64,000 bases of DNA from Candidatus Latescibacterota bacterium (lineage in GTDB: Bacteria > Latescibacterota > UBA2968 > UBA8231): contig CBDCDC010000001.1 of NCBI GenBank assembly GCA_965215195.1, positions 416,001 to 480,000 of the forward strand. Reading direction: 5' to 3'. The translations under genes and the position numbers were made by a program. The notes under the pieces were generated by a model, which searched no databases, was not told where the DNA came from, and worked only from the letters and a program-made list of their open reading frames with translations. This document shows, piece after piece, positions 18,806 through 29,640 of this stretch (its first letter is position 1; each line of letters opens with the position of its first letter).

Positions 18806-19638
18806 ACAACACGGAAAAATTCCTCTTCGACCTGCAGGGCTTCATCGTCGTCCGCGAGTTCCTCTCGCAGCGCGAAGTCAAAGCGCTCAACCACGCTTTC
18901 GACGCCAACGGGGACCAGCGCCGCGAAGACCCAATCGGCGATCCCAGCGGCAACATGGCTGGGCTGCATAAGCGCGGCATTTTCACCGGCATGCTCACTT
19001 GGGAGCAGCCCCATTGCCAGCCATTCCGCGACCTGCTCGCGCACCGCAAGCTCCTCCCCTACCTCGACACCCTGCACGGACGCGGCTGGAAGCTCGACCA
19101 CGAGCCGTTCATGATCACCGGCCCCAAGGGAATCGAAGGCCTGCGCATCCACGGAACCACCAACGTCCTCTTCAATGGCTCCCGCTTCTATGCGTATTCC
19201 AACGGCCAGATGCGCTGCGGCCTGCTCGTCGTCCAGTACACGTTGCACGACCAGAACCCCGGCGATGGCGGCCTCTGCGTCATTCCGGGCAGCCACAAGG
19301 CGAACTTCCCCTGCCCTCCGAAGATCACGACTTGGGAGGAGCATCAGGAGGTCGTTTACCAAGTGCCCCTGAAGGCCGGCGACATGGTCATCTTCAGCGA
19401 GAACACCTTGCACGGTACCCTGCCGTGGCAGGCGGACCACGACCGCCGCGCCCTGCTCTATCGGTACACGCCCAAGTACCTGCACTACGACGGCGGCACG
19501 TACGAGGTCAACCAGCCAGCATGGGTGTCGGAATTGACCGAGGCGCAGCAGGCAGTGCTCGAGCCACCCTACATCTACCATCACCCCCTCATCGAACCGG
19601 ATGGTGAGACTGTAGTCCGCCCGCGCCGCGAGGATTAG
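18802..19638 (+). CDS. PhyH-family Fe(II)/2OG oxygenase, non-canonical iron motif (HGT)
   Basis: FDLQGF, KLDH, IHGT, GGLCVIPGSHK, AGD.VIFSE.TLHGT, RR. Confidence 0.9.
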   Translation: MNNTEKFLFDLQGFIVVREFLSQREVKALNHAFDANGDQRREDPIGDPSGNMAGLHKRGIFTGMLTWEQPHCQPFRDLLAHRKLLPYLDTLHGRGWKLDHEPFMITGPKGIEGLRIHGTTNVLFNGSRFYAYSNGQMRCGLLVVQYTLHDQNPGDGGLCVIPGSHKANFPCPPKITTWEEHQEVVYQVPLKAGDMVIFSENTLHGTLPWQADHDRRALLYRYTPKYLHYDGGTYEVNQPAWVSELTEAQQAVLEPPYIYHHPLIEPDGETVVRPRRED

Positions 19639-19667
19639 CCTAGCCAGTTCACTACGCGGAGTTACTT

Positions 19668-19865
19668 ATGCCAAAACAAGGAACAATCCTAACGGCTGAA
19701 ATCTATGAGGAGAAAAGGGGACTGTACGTATCTCATTGTCCTCAGATCGGAATAGCCAGCCAAGGCAAGGATGAGGAAGAGGCTCTTAAAAATCTCAAAG
19801 AAGCCGTATCTCTCTACCTTGAAGAAGTTACAGAAAGCCATCAGAGAGAGTTGCACCTTGCCTAA
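19668..19865 (+). CDS. hicB: HicB-like antitoxin (short, no DNA-binding domain)
   Basis: YVSHCPQIGIASQGKDEEEALKNLKEAVSLYLE; AT-rich segment. Confidence 0.85.
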   Translation: MPKQGTILTAEIYEEKRGLYVSHCPQIGIASQGKDEEEALKNLKEAVSLYLEEVTESHQRELHLA

Positions 19866-20089
19866 TCCTAACATTCCCTCTGGCATCTCGTCGAGGAAAG
19901 CCCAAAATGCCCTTCAACGCTTAGGATTTATTTTTAAGCGACAAAGGGGAAGTCATATAGTGATGACCAGAACATACCCCGACACCGACCAGATAGATAC
20001 AATGATTCTTGTTCAAGGCAACGAGATGGCCAAAGGGACCTTAAAAAGCTAACGTGGAAATAGAAAGTTTCTTGGAAAATCTCAAGTAA
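19858..20089 (+). pseudogene. hicA: HicA toxin with a frameshift near the C-terminus
   Basis: LQRLGF..RQRGSH..GTLKS* (stop 20052); the typical HicA tail ANVEIESFLENLK* continues in another frame at 20048-20089. Confidence 0.75.
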
Positions 20090-20145
20090 AAAGACGACGG
20101 CGCGTGGGGTATCCCTATCATGGATCAAGCACAGCCCGAACACCA

Positions 20146-20181
20146 AAAGGCCCCGACGGTAGAAATACCACCGGGGCCTTT
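20146..20181. terminator. Hairpin, probable bidirectional terminator
   Basis: AAAGGCCCCG...CGGGGCCTTT between convergent genes. Confidence 0.65.
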
Positions 20182-20232
20182 GCTTGGGCCACCGTGTGCA
20201 TGGTCTGTCTTTGGCTTGCTTGCGGATCGTCT

Positions 20233-21102
20233 CTAGCCCTGCCACTCCAAATTGATGCTCGTGTACCCGTCCGTATAGCGGCGCAAATGGTCGGGCAGGT
20301 TGGCCAAAAACCACTGGCCTTCCGCTGGGATTTCCCAAGGAATGTCGATGCGGTGGCTGCGGGCGCGGAAGCCGATGCCGCAGGAGAGGCGGGTCTCTTC
20401 GATGCGGTTGGGGAACGCGCCGTGATACGTGCGATGGGCAAAGACGATCATGTCGCCGCCATTGGTGAAGAGCGGAACGAGCCCGGGGATGTCGAAGCCG
20501 TTGTAAGCGCGTTCCTCCGTGCCCTCCGGGTAAAAGGAGCGCCGATCGGCCGTCATGCTGAATCCCTCTGGCCCCGCCCAGTCCTCGACGTGGGAATCCT
20601 CAATGACGCACAGGCCGCCGTGCTCGGGCCGCGAACCTGTTAGGTAAAACCACTTGCCCGACGGCCACAGCCCGCGGTTGAGCACATCGCCCGAATGCTT
20701 GATCTCGGTCGAATAGCCGCACCAATCGGTGTGCCATCCTACCGGAGCCGAGCCGGTCCGGCGGATGATGGCGGCCGAGCGGTGGATCGTCAGTTCCTCC
20801 GTGCCGATTAGGTGCCGGTGAATGTCCATGAAGGGCGCGTAGTCGAGCACCTCCCAAGCGCCCGGGCCGGACTCGATCCAAGCGTGCCGCGTCCGGCTCT
20901 CGCCCGGCTGCAACGCGTGCTCCGGATCCGTGCCATCCCACACCGCCTGCTTGAGCTTGGCAACGATTTCCAGCGGCAGCACGTCTTTGATTATCGCGAA
21001 GCCGTGCGCCTCCAAGCATTCGTCCATCGCGTCGAGCTCGTCAGTGGCGAATTCGTAGGAGTAGCCCAAGTCCGGCTTCTGAATGTGCGAATAGTCTTCC
21101 AC
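20233..21102 (-). CDS. PhyH-family dioxygenase (canonical HxD)
   Basis: WHTD, GGLCVIEDSH, GD.IVF..RTYHGA, R; GTG start behind AAGGAG. Confidence 0.85.
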   Translation of the reverse strand: MEDYSHIQKPDLGYSYEFATDELDAMDECLEAHGFAIIKDVLPLEIVAKLKQAVWDGTDPEHALQPGESRTRHAWIESGPGAWEVLDYAPFMDIHRHLIGTEELTIHRSAAIIRRTGSAPVGWHTDWCGYSTEIKHSGDVLNRGLWPSGKWFYLTGSRPEHGGLCVIEDSHVEDWAGPEGFSMTADRRSFYPEGTEERAYNGFDIPGLVPLFTNGGDMIVFAHRTYHGAFPNRIEETRLSCGIGFRARSHRIDIPWEIPAEGQWFLANLPDHLRRYTDGYTSINLEWQG

Positions 21103-21157
21103 GACTTTTCTCCTTATTAGAAGCGGTCTGAAGTCCCTTGTGTGCAGCAAACAATCT

Positions 21158-21182
21158 AGGATCGAGGGCGTCTCGCCCGCGA
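21158..21182. repeat. REP-like palindrome copy 1
   Basis: AGGATCGAGGGCGTCTCGCCCGCGA; related copies at 29591 and 37415. Confidence 0.55.
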
Positions 21183-21429
21183 AAAACGCTCCCTCCGAGG
21201 GCCTCTCAACCGCTACTCAACGCGGTCCGCCGGGGGTTTGTCGCGCCTAAAGGCGCGGTGAAGCAGACCGCTTCTTAAGAGGCCCTACCAATTCAGATTA
21301 TAGACTGAAGTGGCGCAGTTGGTCTGAAGCGCGGAGGAGTGAGTCCCTGCCGCAACGACACACTCTTTTCTCACTCCTCTCTCAGCGCAGTCGCAATCGG
21401 CAAAGTAGCAGCCAAATCCATGCCCCTGC

Positions 21430-22947
21430 TTAGTCTGCCAGCGCCAGCTCGTAGCAGGCGGCCTCGCTGTCCGTGCGCACTAACAGATAGGGTGCGGCAA
21501 GGGCCGGGGGATTCCAGGTTTTGCCAGCGAAGGCCGTCATGCGCGCCAGTTCGACGTGGCGGTCGGGGCGGGCCTCGACCAAGATCACATCGCCCGATTC
21601 GCTCATTATCAGCAGAATATCGTCTATCAGGATGAGCTGGCCGTGGCCGTAGCGCCCGCGCTTCCAGCGGCGCTTGCCATCTTGCGGATCGAGGCAGACC
21701 AGCACCCCATCGTCGAGGCCATAGACAAAACCATCGCGGTAGACCATGTTGGCAAATTTGGCCTTGAGCCGGGGGCTTTTCCAGACCATATCGCTCGTCA
21801 AGCCGCCGTCGGGCGCGGCGTTCACTTGATACAGCTTGGCACCAATGCCGTAGCCCGTGGAGGCCAGAACCCGGTCCCCGGGCAAGGGCAGGGGGTTGGC
21901 AATGCACTCGACCTGATCCCAAGGCTGACGCCAGAGGGAAACTCCGCTCTGCGGATCGTGCGCGACGACGCTGTGGTTGTTGAAGATCAGGATCTGCTCG
22001 CGTCCAGCCAAAGTGACCAGACGCGGCGAGCTGAAGCCGGCCTTGTCTGTGCCCCCGCCCCAGACAAACGCGCCGTTTTGGCGGTGATAGGCCACTAGCG
22101 AGCGCTCGTCCGGGCCTCCAGCACTGACCACGACCAAAGTGTCGAGGACCAGCGGCGAACAGCTAATGCCCCATACATGGGCCTCAGCCCGGTTGTCGGC
22201 GAGGATGTCCCGCGACCAGATCAGGGCCCCGCTGGCCAGCTCCAAGCAGTTGAGGATGCCAGTAGCACCCAGCGCGAAAACCCGGTCTCCAGCAATGGTG
22301 GGAGTCGCGCGCGGGCCGATGCCGGCTATGACGGTCTCGTAGCGGGTCGAATCGGCGTGGTGCCAGAGCTTGCGGCCCGTTGCCAAGTCGTAGCAGACGA
22401 CCTGCTCCTCGGGGCCGCGTTGCTCCTGAGTTACGGCCCGGCCACCGACAATGGCAAAGGAGGACCACCCTGCGCCCACAGGGCGACGCCAGATTTCGCG
22501 CGGCGGGTGCTTGGTCCAGTCGCGCTCAAGGTGGACGCCGCGGAGGCGGTTGTTGCGCTCGGGGCCGAGAAATTGCGGCCAATCGCGGGCGTCGAGCGCG
22601 GTTGCGTCCCCTCCTTCGACAGCGGTTGCTTCGTCCTTGGTGCCCCAACGCCATTCGAGGATCGGTGCGAAGTCGCCGCTCATACCCTTAATGCGAAAAA
22701 GCCCGATACCAAGCGCAAGGGCAAAGACGATGCCGCCGAAATAGCGCAGGCGCTGTCCCCAAGCTAGCCGCGAGGCAAAGAGCAACCAGAGCAAAAAAAA
22801 GAAAATGGCCAGCATGACGATGGCCATGGTGCCCATCATCTGTCGCTGGCGATGGAGGGATTCGGGCAACCAGATCCACAGGAGCACCAAGACGACGGCG
22901 CTGCCGAGCAGATAGAGGGGCCATAAACGAGGGTTGGCTGAGGACAT
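21430..22947 (-). CDS. Membrane-anchored PQQ-like (BamB-type) beta-propeller protein
   Basis: N-terminal TM helices; DWPQFLGPERN, GWSSF, PRATP, SSP, TWNPP motifs of the Planctomycete/FCB propeller family. Confidence 0.85.
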   Translation of the reverse strand: MSSANPRLWPLYLLGSAVVLVLLWIWLPESLHRQRQMMGTMAIVMLAIFFFLLWLLFASRLAWGQRLRYFGGIVFALALGIGLFRIKGMSGDFAPILEWRWGTKDEATAVEGGDATALDARDWPQFLGPERNNRLRGVHLERDWTKHPPREIWRRPVGAGWSSFAIVGGRAVTQEQRGPEEQVVCYDLATGRKLWHHADSTRYETVIAGIGPRATPTIAGDRVFALGATGILNCLELASGALIWSRDILADNRAEAHVWGISCSPLVLDTLVVVSAGGPDERSLVAYHRQNGAFVWGGGTDKAGFSSPRLVTLAGREQILIFNNHSVVAHDPQSGVSLWRQPWDQVECIANPLPLPGDRVLASTGYGIGAKLYQVNAAPDGGLTSDMVWKSPRLKAKFANMVYRDGFVYGLDDGVLVCLDPQDGKRRWKRGRYGHGQLILIDDILLIMSESGDVILVEARPDRHVELARMTAFAGKTWNPPALAAPYLLVRTDSEAACYELALAD

Positions 22948-22952
22948 AGGTA

Positions 22953-24026
22953 CTAGACGCCGCCGGTCGCGGTCGCCAAGCAGACCCAATCGCCGCTTGC
23001 GACCGAGCGGGCAATGGCGGCCATGGCCCGCATCGCTTGAGTTCCGTCCTCCACATCGGCCCCCATTTGGGGTGCGCCGTGCAGGACGACGTCGGCAAAA
23101 CCTTCGAGCTGGAGTCGGTAGAAGTGCGCGTCGGCCCCTAGCGGCCGGCGATATTGGCCATCGCGCACGGAGAAGCACTCGACATCGCTGGATTTCAAAA
23201 ACCACGGCAGGTAGGTTTTGCCGACGACGCTGCCGTGCTCGCCGTAGATGTGAAAGCCCTCGTGGTAGTCCATGCGCACGGCGACCGTCAAGTCGAGATG
23301 CCCCTGGCCGCCGTTTGCGAACTCCACTTCGACAAACCAAGAATACGCCCCAAACATCTCCTTGCGCCGACCGCGCACGGCCGCGAGCGGGCCGCCCAAA
23401 AAGCGGGCCACGTCGATCAGATGCGAGCCATGGGTCAGCATGAAGTAGCGCCGCTTGTCGCCTTTGGGATTACCCGCTGGCTTGCGCGCCGCTTCGCTGT
23501 GCAGGGGCCGGGGTTGGAGGTTGTCGGTCATGGTGTAGCGATAGGTCGAATCGCAATACCAAGCCTTGAGGGCCAACAGCGAGCCCATCTCCTCGCGGAT
23601 GAACTGCCGGGCAAAGGCAATGCCGGGATCAAAGCGCTTCATGTGGCCGACTTGGAGCGTACAGCCCGAGCTGGCCACGGCCTGACGCAGGGTTTCGCAT
23701 TCTTCCACGCTCGTTCCCAGCGGCTTTTCCACAAAGACGTGTTTGCCCGCGGCCAACGCCTGCAAGCTGAGCGGGACGTGGAACGCATCGGCCGTGGCGA
23801 TGATGACCGCTTCCACCTGCGGATCCGCGAGCATGTCGGCAAAATCGGCGTAGGTTTTCTCCGGTTGGTGAACGGCGGCCATGCGCTCAACTAGGTCCGG
23901 CGCTTGGTCGCACAGCGCGTACAGGCGCGTATTGCGGGCCTTGAGGCACGACTCAAAGTGGGCGAATTGGGCGATGGGACCGCAGCCCAACACGCCGACG
24001 GACAAAAGCTGGCGCTCTTTGTTCAC
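22953..24026 (-). CDS. Gfo/Idh/MocA oxidoreductase
   Basis: GCGPIA, GKHVFVEKP, RFDP, HGSH. Confidence 0.9.
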   Translation of the reverse strand: MNKERQLLSVGVLGCGPIAQFAHFESCLKARNTRLYALCDQAPDLVERMAAVHQPEKTYADFADMLADPQVEAVIIATADAFHVPLSLQALAAGKHVFVEKPLGTSVEECETLRQAVASSGCTLQVGHMKRFDPGIAFARQFIREEMGSLLALKAWYCDSTYRYTMTDNLQPRPLHSEAARKPAGNPKGDKRRYFMLTHGSHLIDVARFLGGPLAAVRGRRKEMFGAYSWFVEVEFANGGQGHLDLTVAVRMDYHEGFHIYGEHGSVVGKTYLPWFLKSSDVECFSVRDGQYRRPLGADAHFYRLQLEGFADVVLHGAPQMGADVEDGTQAMRAMAAIARSVASGDWVCLATATGGV

Positions 24027-24405
24027 GCGCTTCCTGTGGGCAAAATGGCGTAGGCTTCGATCTCAACGACCAAGTGCGGCTTGAGCAGAGCAGCTATGAC
24101 GACCAAGGTCGAGGCCGGCAAGATCGCGCCAAACACCTCGCTGTGGGCGCGGGTGACGCCAGCGGCGTGGGCTGCATCCGTGATGTACACGACCGTCCGC
24201 ACCACGTCGCCGAGGCTAGCGCCGGCCTCGGCGAGAGCCTCGGCGATGATCTGCAACGCCCCCTTGGCCTGCTCGTAGGCATCGCCCCGGTCCTGAGGCG
24301 GCTGGGCGCAGGTGCCAGCGACGTGGATGTGCCGGTCTATGCGCACGGCGCGCGAATAGCCGAACTCCGCGCCAAACGCGCTGCTGGTCGCTATGTTTTT
24401 GCGCT

Positions 24406-24409
<4 letters not shown>
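24023..24409 (-). CDS. RidA/YjgF family protein
   Basis: GYSRAVR, VAGT, DVVRT, PAST, VEIEA. Confidence 0.9.
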
Positions 24410-26325
<1,916 letters not shown>

Positions 26326-26423
26326 AACTTGCAATAATTACGGAAAATTGGCGCACATGGGCTACTCTGCTGTTCGCTAATTTGCCATCTTCTCAGTCCA
26401 CCTTTCTCCAAAGGAAGTCCCCC

Positions 26424-27212
26424 ATGAATGCAGACGACAAATACCTTTTTGATCTGACGGGCTATTTGCTCCTCAAAGACGTGCTGACCGCCGAGGAGGT
26501 GGCCGCGCTCAACGCCGGCATCGACCGCCACCGCGACCGTATGGGCGAGATAGACCGCTCGCTGTCCGGCGACTCGCAGGCCCTGCAAGGGACCTCGCGG
26601 CGCAAGGACTTAGGCGGCATGTTGGCTTGGGAGCGGCCCCATTGCGAGCCGTTTCGCAAGTTGCTGGTCCATCCCAAGGTCAAGCCTTATCTCGAAGAAA
26701 TTTTGGGCCGGGGGTATCGCCTCGACCACGGGCCAGGTCTCATCGCCATGGACGCGGGTTGCGAGGGCGGGCTTTTGCACGGCGGCGGGGTGGAGCGCAA
26801 GGATATATCCGAGGCGTACTTCTTTAAAAACGGCCGCATCTTCACCGGGCTGACCGTGGTCGAGTATCTGCTGGCCGACGAGGGCCCGGGCGACGGCGGC
26901 GTGGCGGTGATCCCGGGTAGCCACAAGGCCAACCTCGCCTGTCCGCAGAGCATGATTAAGTGGGAAAAGCACCAAGAGCACGTGCTCGAAGTAAACGGCA
27001 AGGCCGGCGACGCGGTGATCTTCACCGAGACCTTGACGCACGGGACCTTGCCGTGGACGGCCGCGCACGAGCGGCGGGCGCTGCTGTACAAGTTCAGCCC
27101 CGGCACCCTGTCCTATGGCTCGGGAGCGCACCAGACAGCGTATTCCGATTACATCGAGGACATGACCGATGAGGAGCGAGCCGTGATGGAAGCACCGCAC
27201 ATTAGGCGGTAA
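26424..27212 (+). CDS. PhyH-family Fe(II)/2OG oxygenase with HxG motif
   Basis: YLFDLTGY, RLDH, LHGGG, IPGSHK, AGD.VIFTE.LTHGT, RR. Confidence 0.9.
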   Translation: MNADDKYLFDLTGYLLLKDVLTAEEVAALNAGIDRHRDRMGEIDRSLSGDSQALQGTSRRKDLGGMLAWERPHCEPFRKLLVHPKVKPYLEEILGRGYRLDHGPGLIAMDAGCEGGLLHGGGVERKDISEAYFFKNGRIFTGLTVVEYLLADEGPGDGGVAVIPGSHKANLACPQSMIKWEKHQEHVLEVNGKAGDAVIFTETLTHGTLPWTAAHERRALLYKFSPGTLSYGSGAHQTAYSDYIEDMTDEERAVMEAPHIRR

Positions 27213-27235
27213 AATAGTCCAATGAAACGGTAAAC

Positions 27236-27337
27236 CAACGTAGTTTTGCCCACCTGCCTCGGGCCGCCGACAAAGACCATGCGCTGGTCCAAATCTTCTG
27301 CGATATGGCTTTCGAGATAGCGGCGCTGGAAGGGCAT
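27236..27337 (-). pseudogene. N-terminal fragment of an AAA_14/DUF4143-type ATPase
   Basis: MPFQRRYLESHIAEDLDQRMVFVGGPRQVGKTTL; similarity ends right after Walker A. Confidence 0.75.
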
Positions 27338-27502
27338 GGGATAAACTACCGCGCGAAAATGAACCCGAACTCCAAAATTATCAATACAAAAATGGAGTTG
27401 GCTCCCAAATTATCAGGTAGGTGAGCGCACCAGATGAAGTCCAACCTAAGTTGACGCAGGCGGATCGGGAATGGGCTGCTGGCCGACCGCAGTACAGGAG
27501 GA

Positions 27503-29347
27503 TCACCTAGCGCTGCGCAGCAGGAACACGCGGTCGCTGTTGAAGTAATCGCCGACCCGCTCGTCGCGATAGGCACCACCGGCGATCAGCAGGCGGCCGT
27601 TGACAGCGGCGGCCGCGCCCCAGCTAACCGGCAGGGGCAGGTCCGGGCCGCGACGCCACTGGCCGGTAGCCGGCGCGTAGGCAAAGGTCGCCGTCTGGCC
27701 GCCATCGGCCCCCCGTCCTCCCATGACCCAGACGCTGCCGTCGAAGGCCGTGCATAGAGGGGCACTCGGAGGCCGCGACGGGTGCTCAATCTGGCTCCAG
27801 CTATCCTGCGCCGGGTCATAGACGAACAGACCCGGACACTGGGACGAAGGACCCGCGGCGATGTAGAGCCTGCCGTCCAAAACGCAGCCGCTGGCCTGCA
27901 ACACCGGGCCGGGCGCGGGGGCGTCAACCCGCCAATTCTTCTCCCCAACTCCAATGCTCAGGACCTCTGCCGTCGCACCCTCGTCGTCGGCACCACCCAC
28001 CGCGTACAACCGGCCGTTGACAGTGAGGGCCACCACTTGCCCGGCTTTGCGCGGTAATGGCGGGCCGCGGCGATAGCGCCGCGTGCGGGGCTCGAAAATT
28101 TCGACGGTCGCTGTCGCCCGCGTCCCGCGGCCGTCGCGGAAGAGGCCTCCTAAAAGCCAGAGCTCGTCGTCGAGAGCGGCGATGCCAGAGTACGCCTTGC
28201 CCGGCTCGAGCATGGGCGGCTCCACGCGCCAAGTGCCCGAGGGAATGTGGTAGGACCACACGTGGTCGAGGTTTACCCACTCCGACGCTGGCCAGCCGAA
28301 GAAGGTCTTGCCCCCGGCCGTGTACAGACGGTCGCCAATGCGGGCAAAGATGTGGTCGTGGTTGCCCGCTGGCATCCGCGGCTGCTCGTCCCAGTGCTCG
28401 TGCCAAGGACTCTCAATGCCAGCGAGACGTTGGACTCGCCCGGCCTGCAACACCCAGAGGCTACCGGATCGGGTGTGCAGCAGCGCCTGCACCGGACCAT
28501 CCCCGCCCGTCTGGATCGCCCGCCAAGCCGGCGGGCCGTCAGCATCCACAGTCAGCGTGCGCAAGCTGCCATCGGCAAAGCCGACTAGGATCTGACCGCT
28601 GCCGCGTGCGATCGCAGTGATGCGGGCATCCACCGGGTTGGCAAAGGAGCGAGGATCGGCCGAGCGGGGATCGACGCGCAGGACAGAGGCTTCTAAGGCC
28701 ACCCAGACGAAACCGGCATCGTCGGTGACAACCCCCTGCCAAGAGCCAGCGAGTTGATTCGCCGGCAGGTTGAGGTGCTGCCAGCCGTGGGGATGTTGGT
28801 CCGTGAGAACGGCCAGATCTCGCCGCTGTCCATCCTCGGCGATGGCCCACACATTGCCGAAGGGATCGTCGCACACCGGCGTGATCTTCCATTCGGGCAG
28901 GGAGAAAGGCGCGGCCTCGAACATGGCGTCCCCCCGACGCACAGCACCGCATCCGGCGCACCAGACATCGCCCCAGCGCGTCGCCAGCAATGGGCCGGGC
29001 GACCGCTCGGGACGGAAGGAGGGCGTCCGGGCGACCGGCTCGCCCCCTCGCCGCGGGTAGCGCAGGACCTCGTCGTCGAGGGCCACCCACGCATCTCCGT
29101 CCGGGGCAATCTGCAGACCCCCGACGCGCCCCTCGCCGACGATCTCCCAAGTGCCGGCCGCGTCGGGGGCGTTGCGAGCGACGATTCCCCCAGAGCCAAG
29201 GACGGCGACATAAACCCGGCCGTCGCGGTCTTCGAGGAGGAGGCCCGGCCCGGTGGGCAGGCCCTCGGCCGCGGCAAATCCGGCGGAAATGACCATGAGG
29301 AAACCTATTCGATAGAGGGATCGGAGTGAGATGGAATCAAGCAGCAT
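27503..29347 (-). CDS. Secreted protein: regulator-propeller-like N-terminus + Kelch repeats
   Basis: Signal peptide; DxxGxVW blades; Kelch motifs (LYTAGG, LWLLGG, LYAVGG, VWVMGG, LLIAGG with W..P). Confidence 0.8.
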   Translation of the reverse strand: MLLDSISLRSLYRIGFLMVISAGFAAAEGLPTGPGLLLEDRDGRVYVAVLGSGGIVARNAPDAAGTWEIVGEGRVGGLQIAPDGDAWVALDDEVLRYPRRGGEPVARTPSFRPERSPGPLLATRWGDVWCAGCGAVRRGDAMFEAAPFSLPEWKITPVCDDPFGNVWAIAEDGQRRDLAVLTDQHPHGWQHLNLPANQLAGSWQGVVTDDAGFVWVALEASVLRVDPRSADPRSFANPVDARITAIARGSGQILVGFADGSLRTLTVDADGPPAWRAIQTGGDGPVQALLHTRSGSLWVLQAGRVQRLAGIESPWHEHWDEQPRMPAGNHDHIFARIGDRLYTAGGKTFFGWPASEWVNLDHVWSYHIPSGTWRVEPPMLEPGKAYSGIAALDDELWLLGGLFRDGRGTRATATVEIFEPRTRRYRRGPPLPRKAGQVVALTVNGRLYAVGGADDEGATAEVLSIGVGEKNWRVDAPAPGPVLQASGCVLDGRLYIAAGPSSQCPGLFVYDPAQDSWSQIEHPSRPPSAPLCTAFDGSVWVMGGRGADGGQTATFAYAPATGQWRRGPDLPLPVSWGAAAAVNGRLLIAGGAYRDERVGDYFNSDRVFLLRSAR

Positions 29348-29444
29348 TGTGGCCAGCTTTCGTTCGCATGGTACATCTTCTGTCGTTTAAGGGCGTGTAG
29401 AAGGAAGGTTTTGGTGCTCAGGAATGGTATTTTATTGCAATAAT

Positions 29445-29512
29445 ATAGCAATCCTAAATCATTGACAAGACGATGCGCCTCGCGAACCATTCAAGTCATT
29501 TCGGATTGCTAT
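29445..29512. mobile_element. MITE-like element (IS-type terminal inverted repeats, about 68 bp)
   Basis: ATAGCAATCCTAAATCATTGA ... TCAAGTCATTTCGGATTGCTAT imperfect inverted repeats in an AT-rich spacer. Confidence 0.5.
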
Positions 29513-29590
29513 CTTGGTGATGTCGGCTGTCGCGAAACGCAACTTATAACTGCATAACCTTACTACACGACACCAGCCCTCAGCCGGCCA

Positions 29591-29615
29591 AGGATCGAGG
29601 GCATCTTGCCCTCGT
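29591..29615. repeat. REP-like palindrome copy 2
   Basis: AGGATCGAGGGCATCTTGCCCTCGT. Confidence 0.55.
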
Positions 29616-29640
29616 CGAGGGCGGCCCCCCACCGATGCTT

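Noticed and set aside
22948-23340. N-terminal extension of the PQQ-propeller ORF (likewise 4315..4581, 7469..7705, 17507..17728, 33870..34142)
   Set aside because: These overlap neighbouring real genes or intergenic DNA; downstream starts fit the domain boundaries better.
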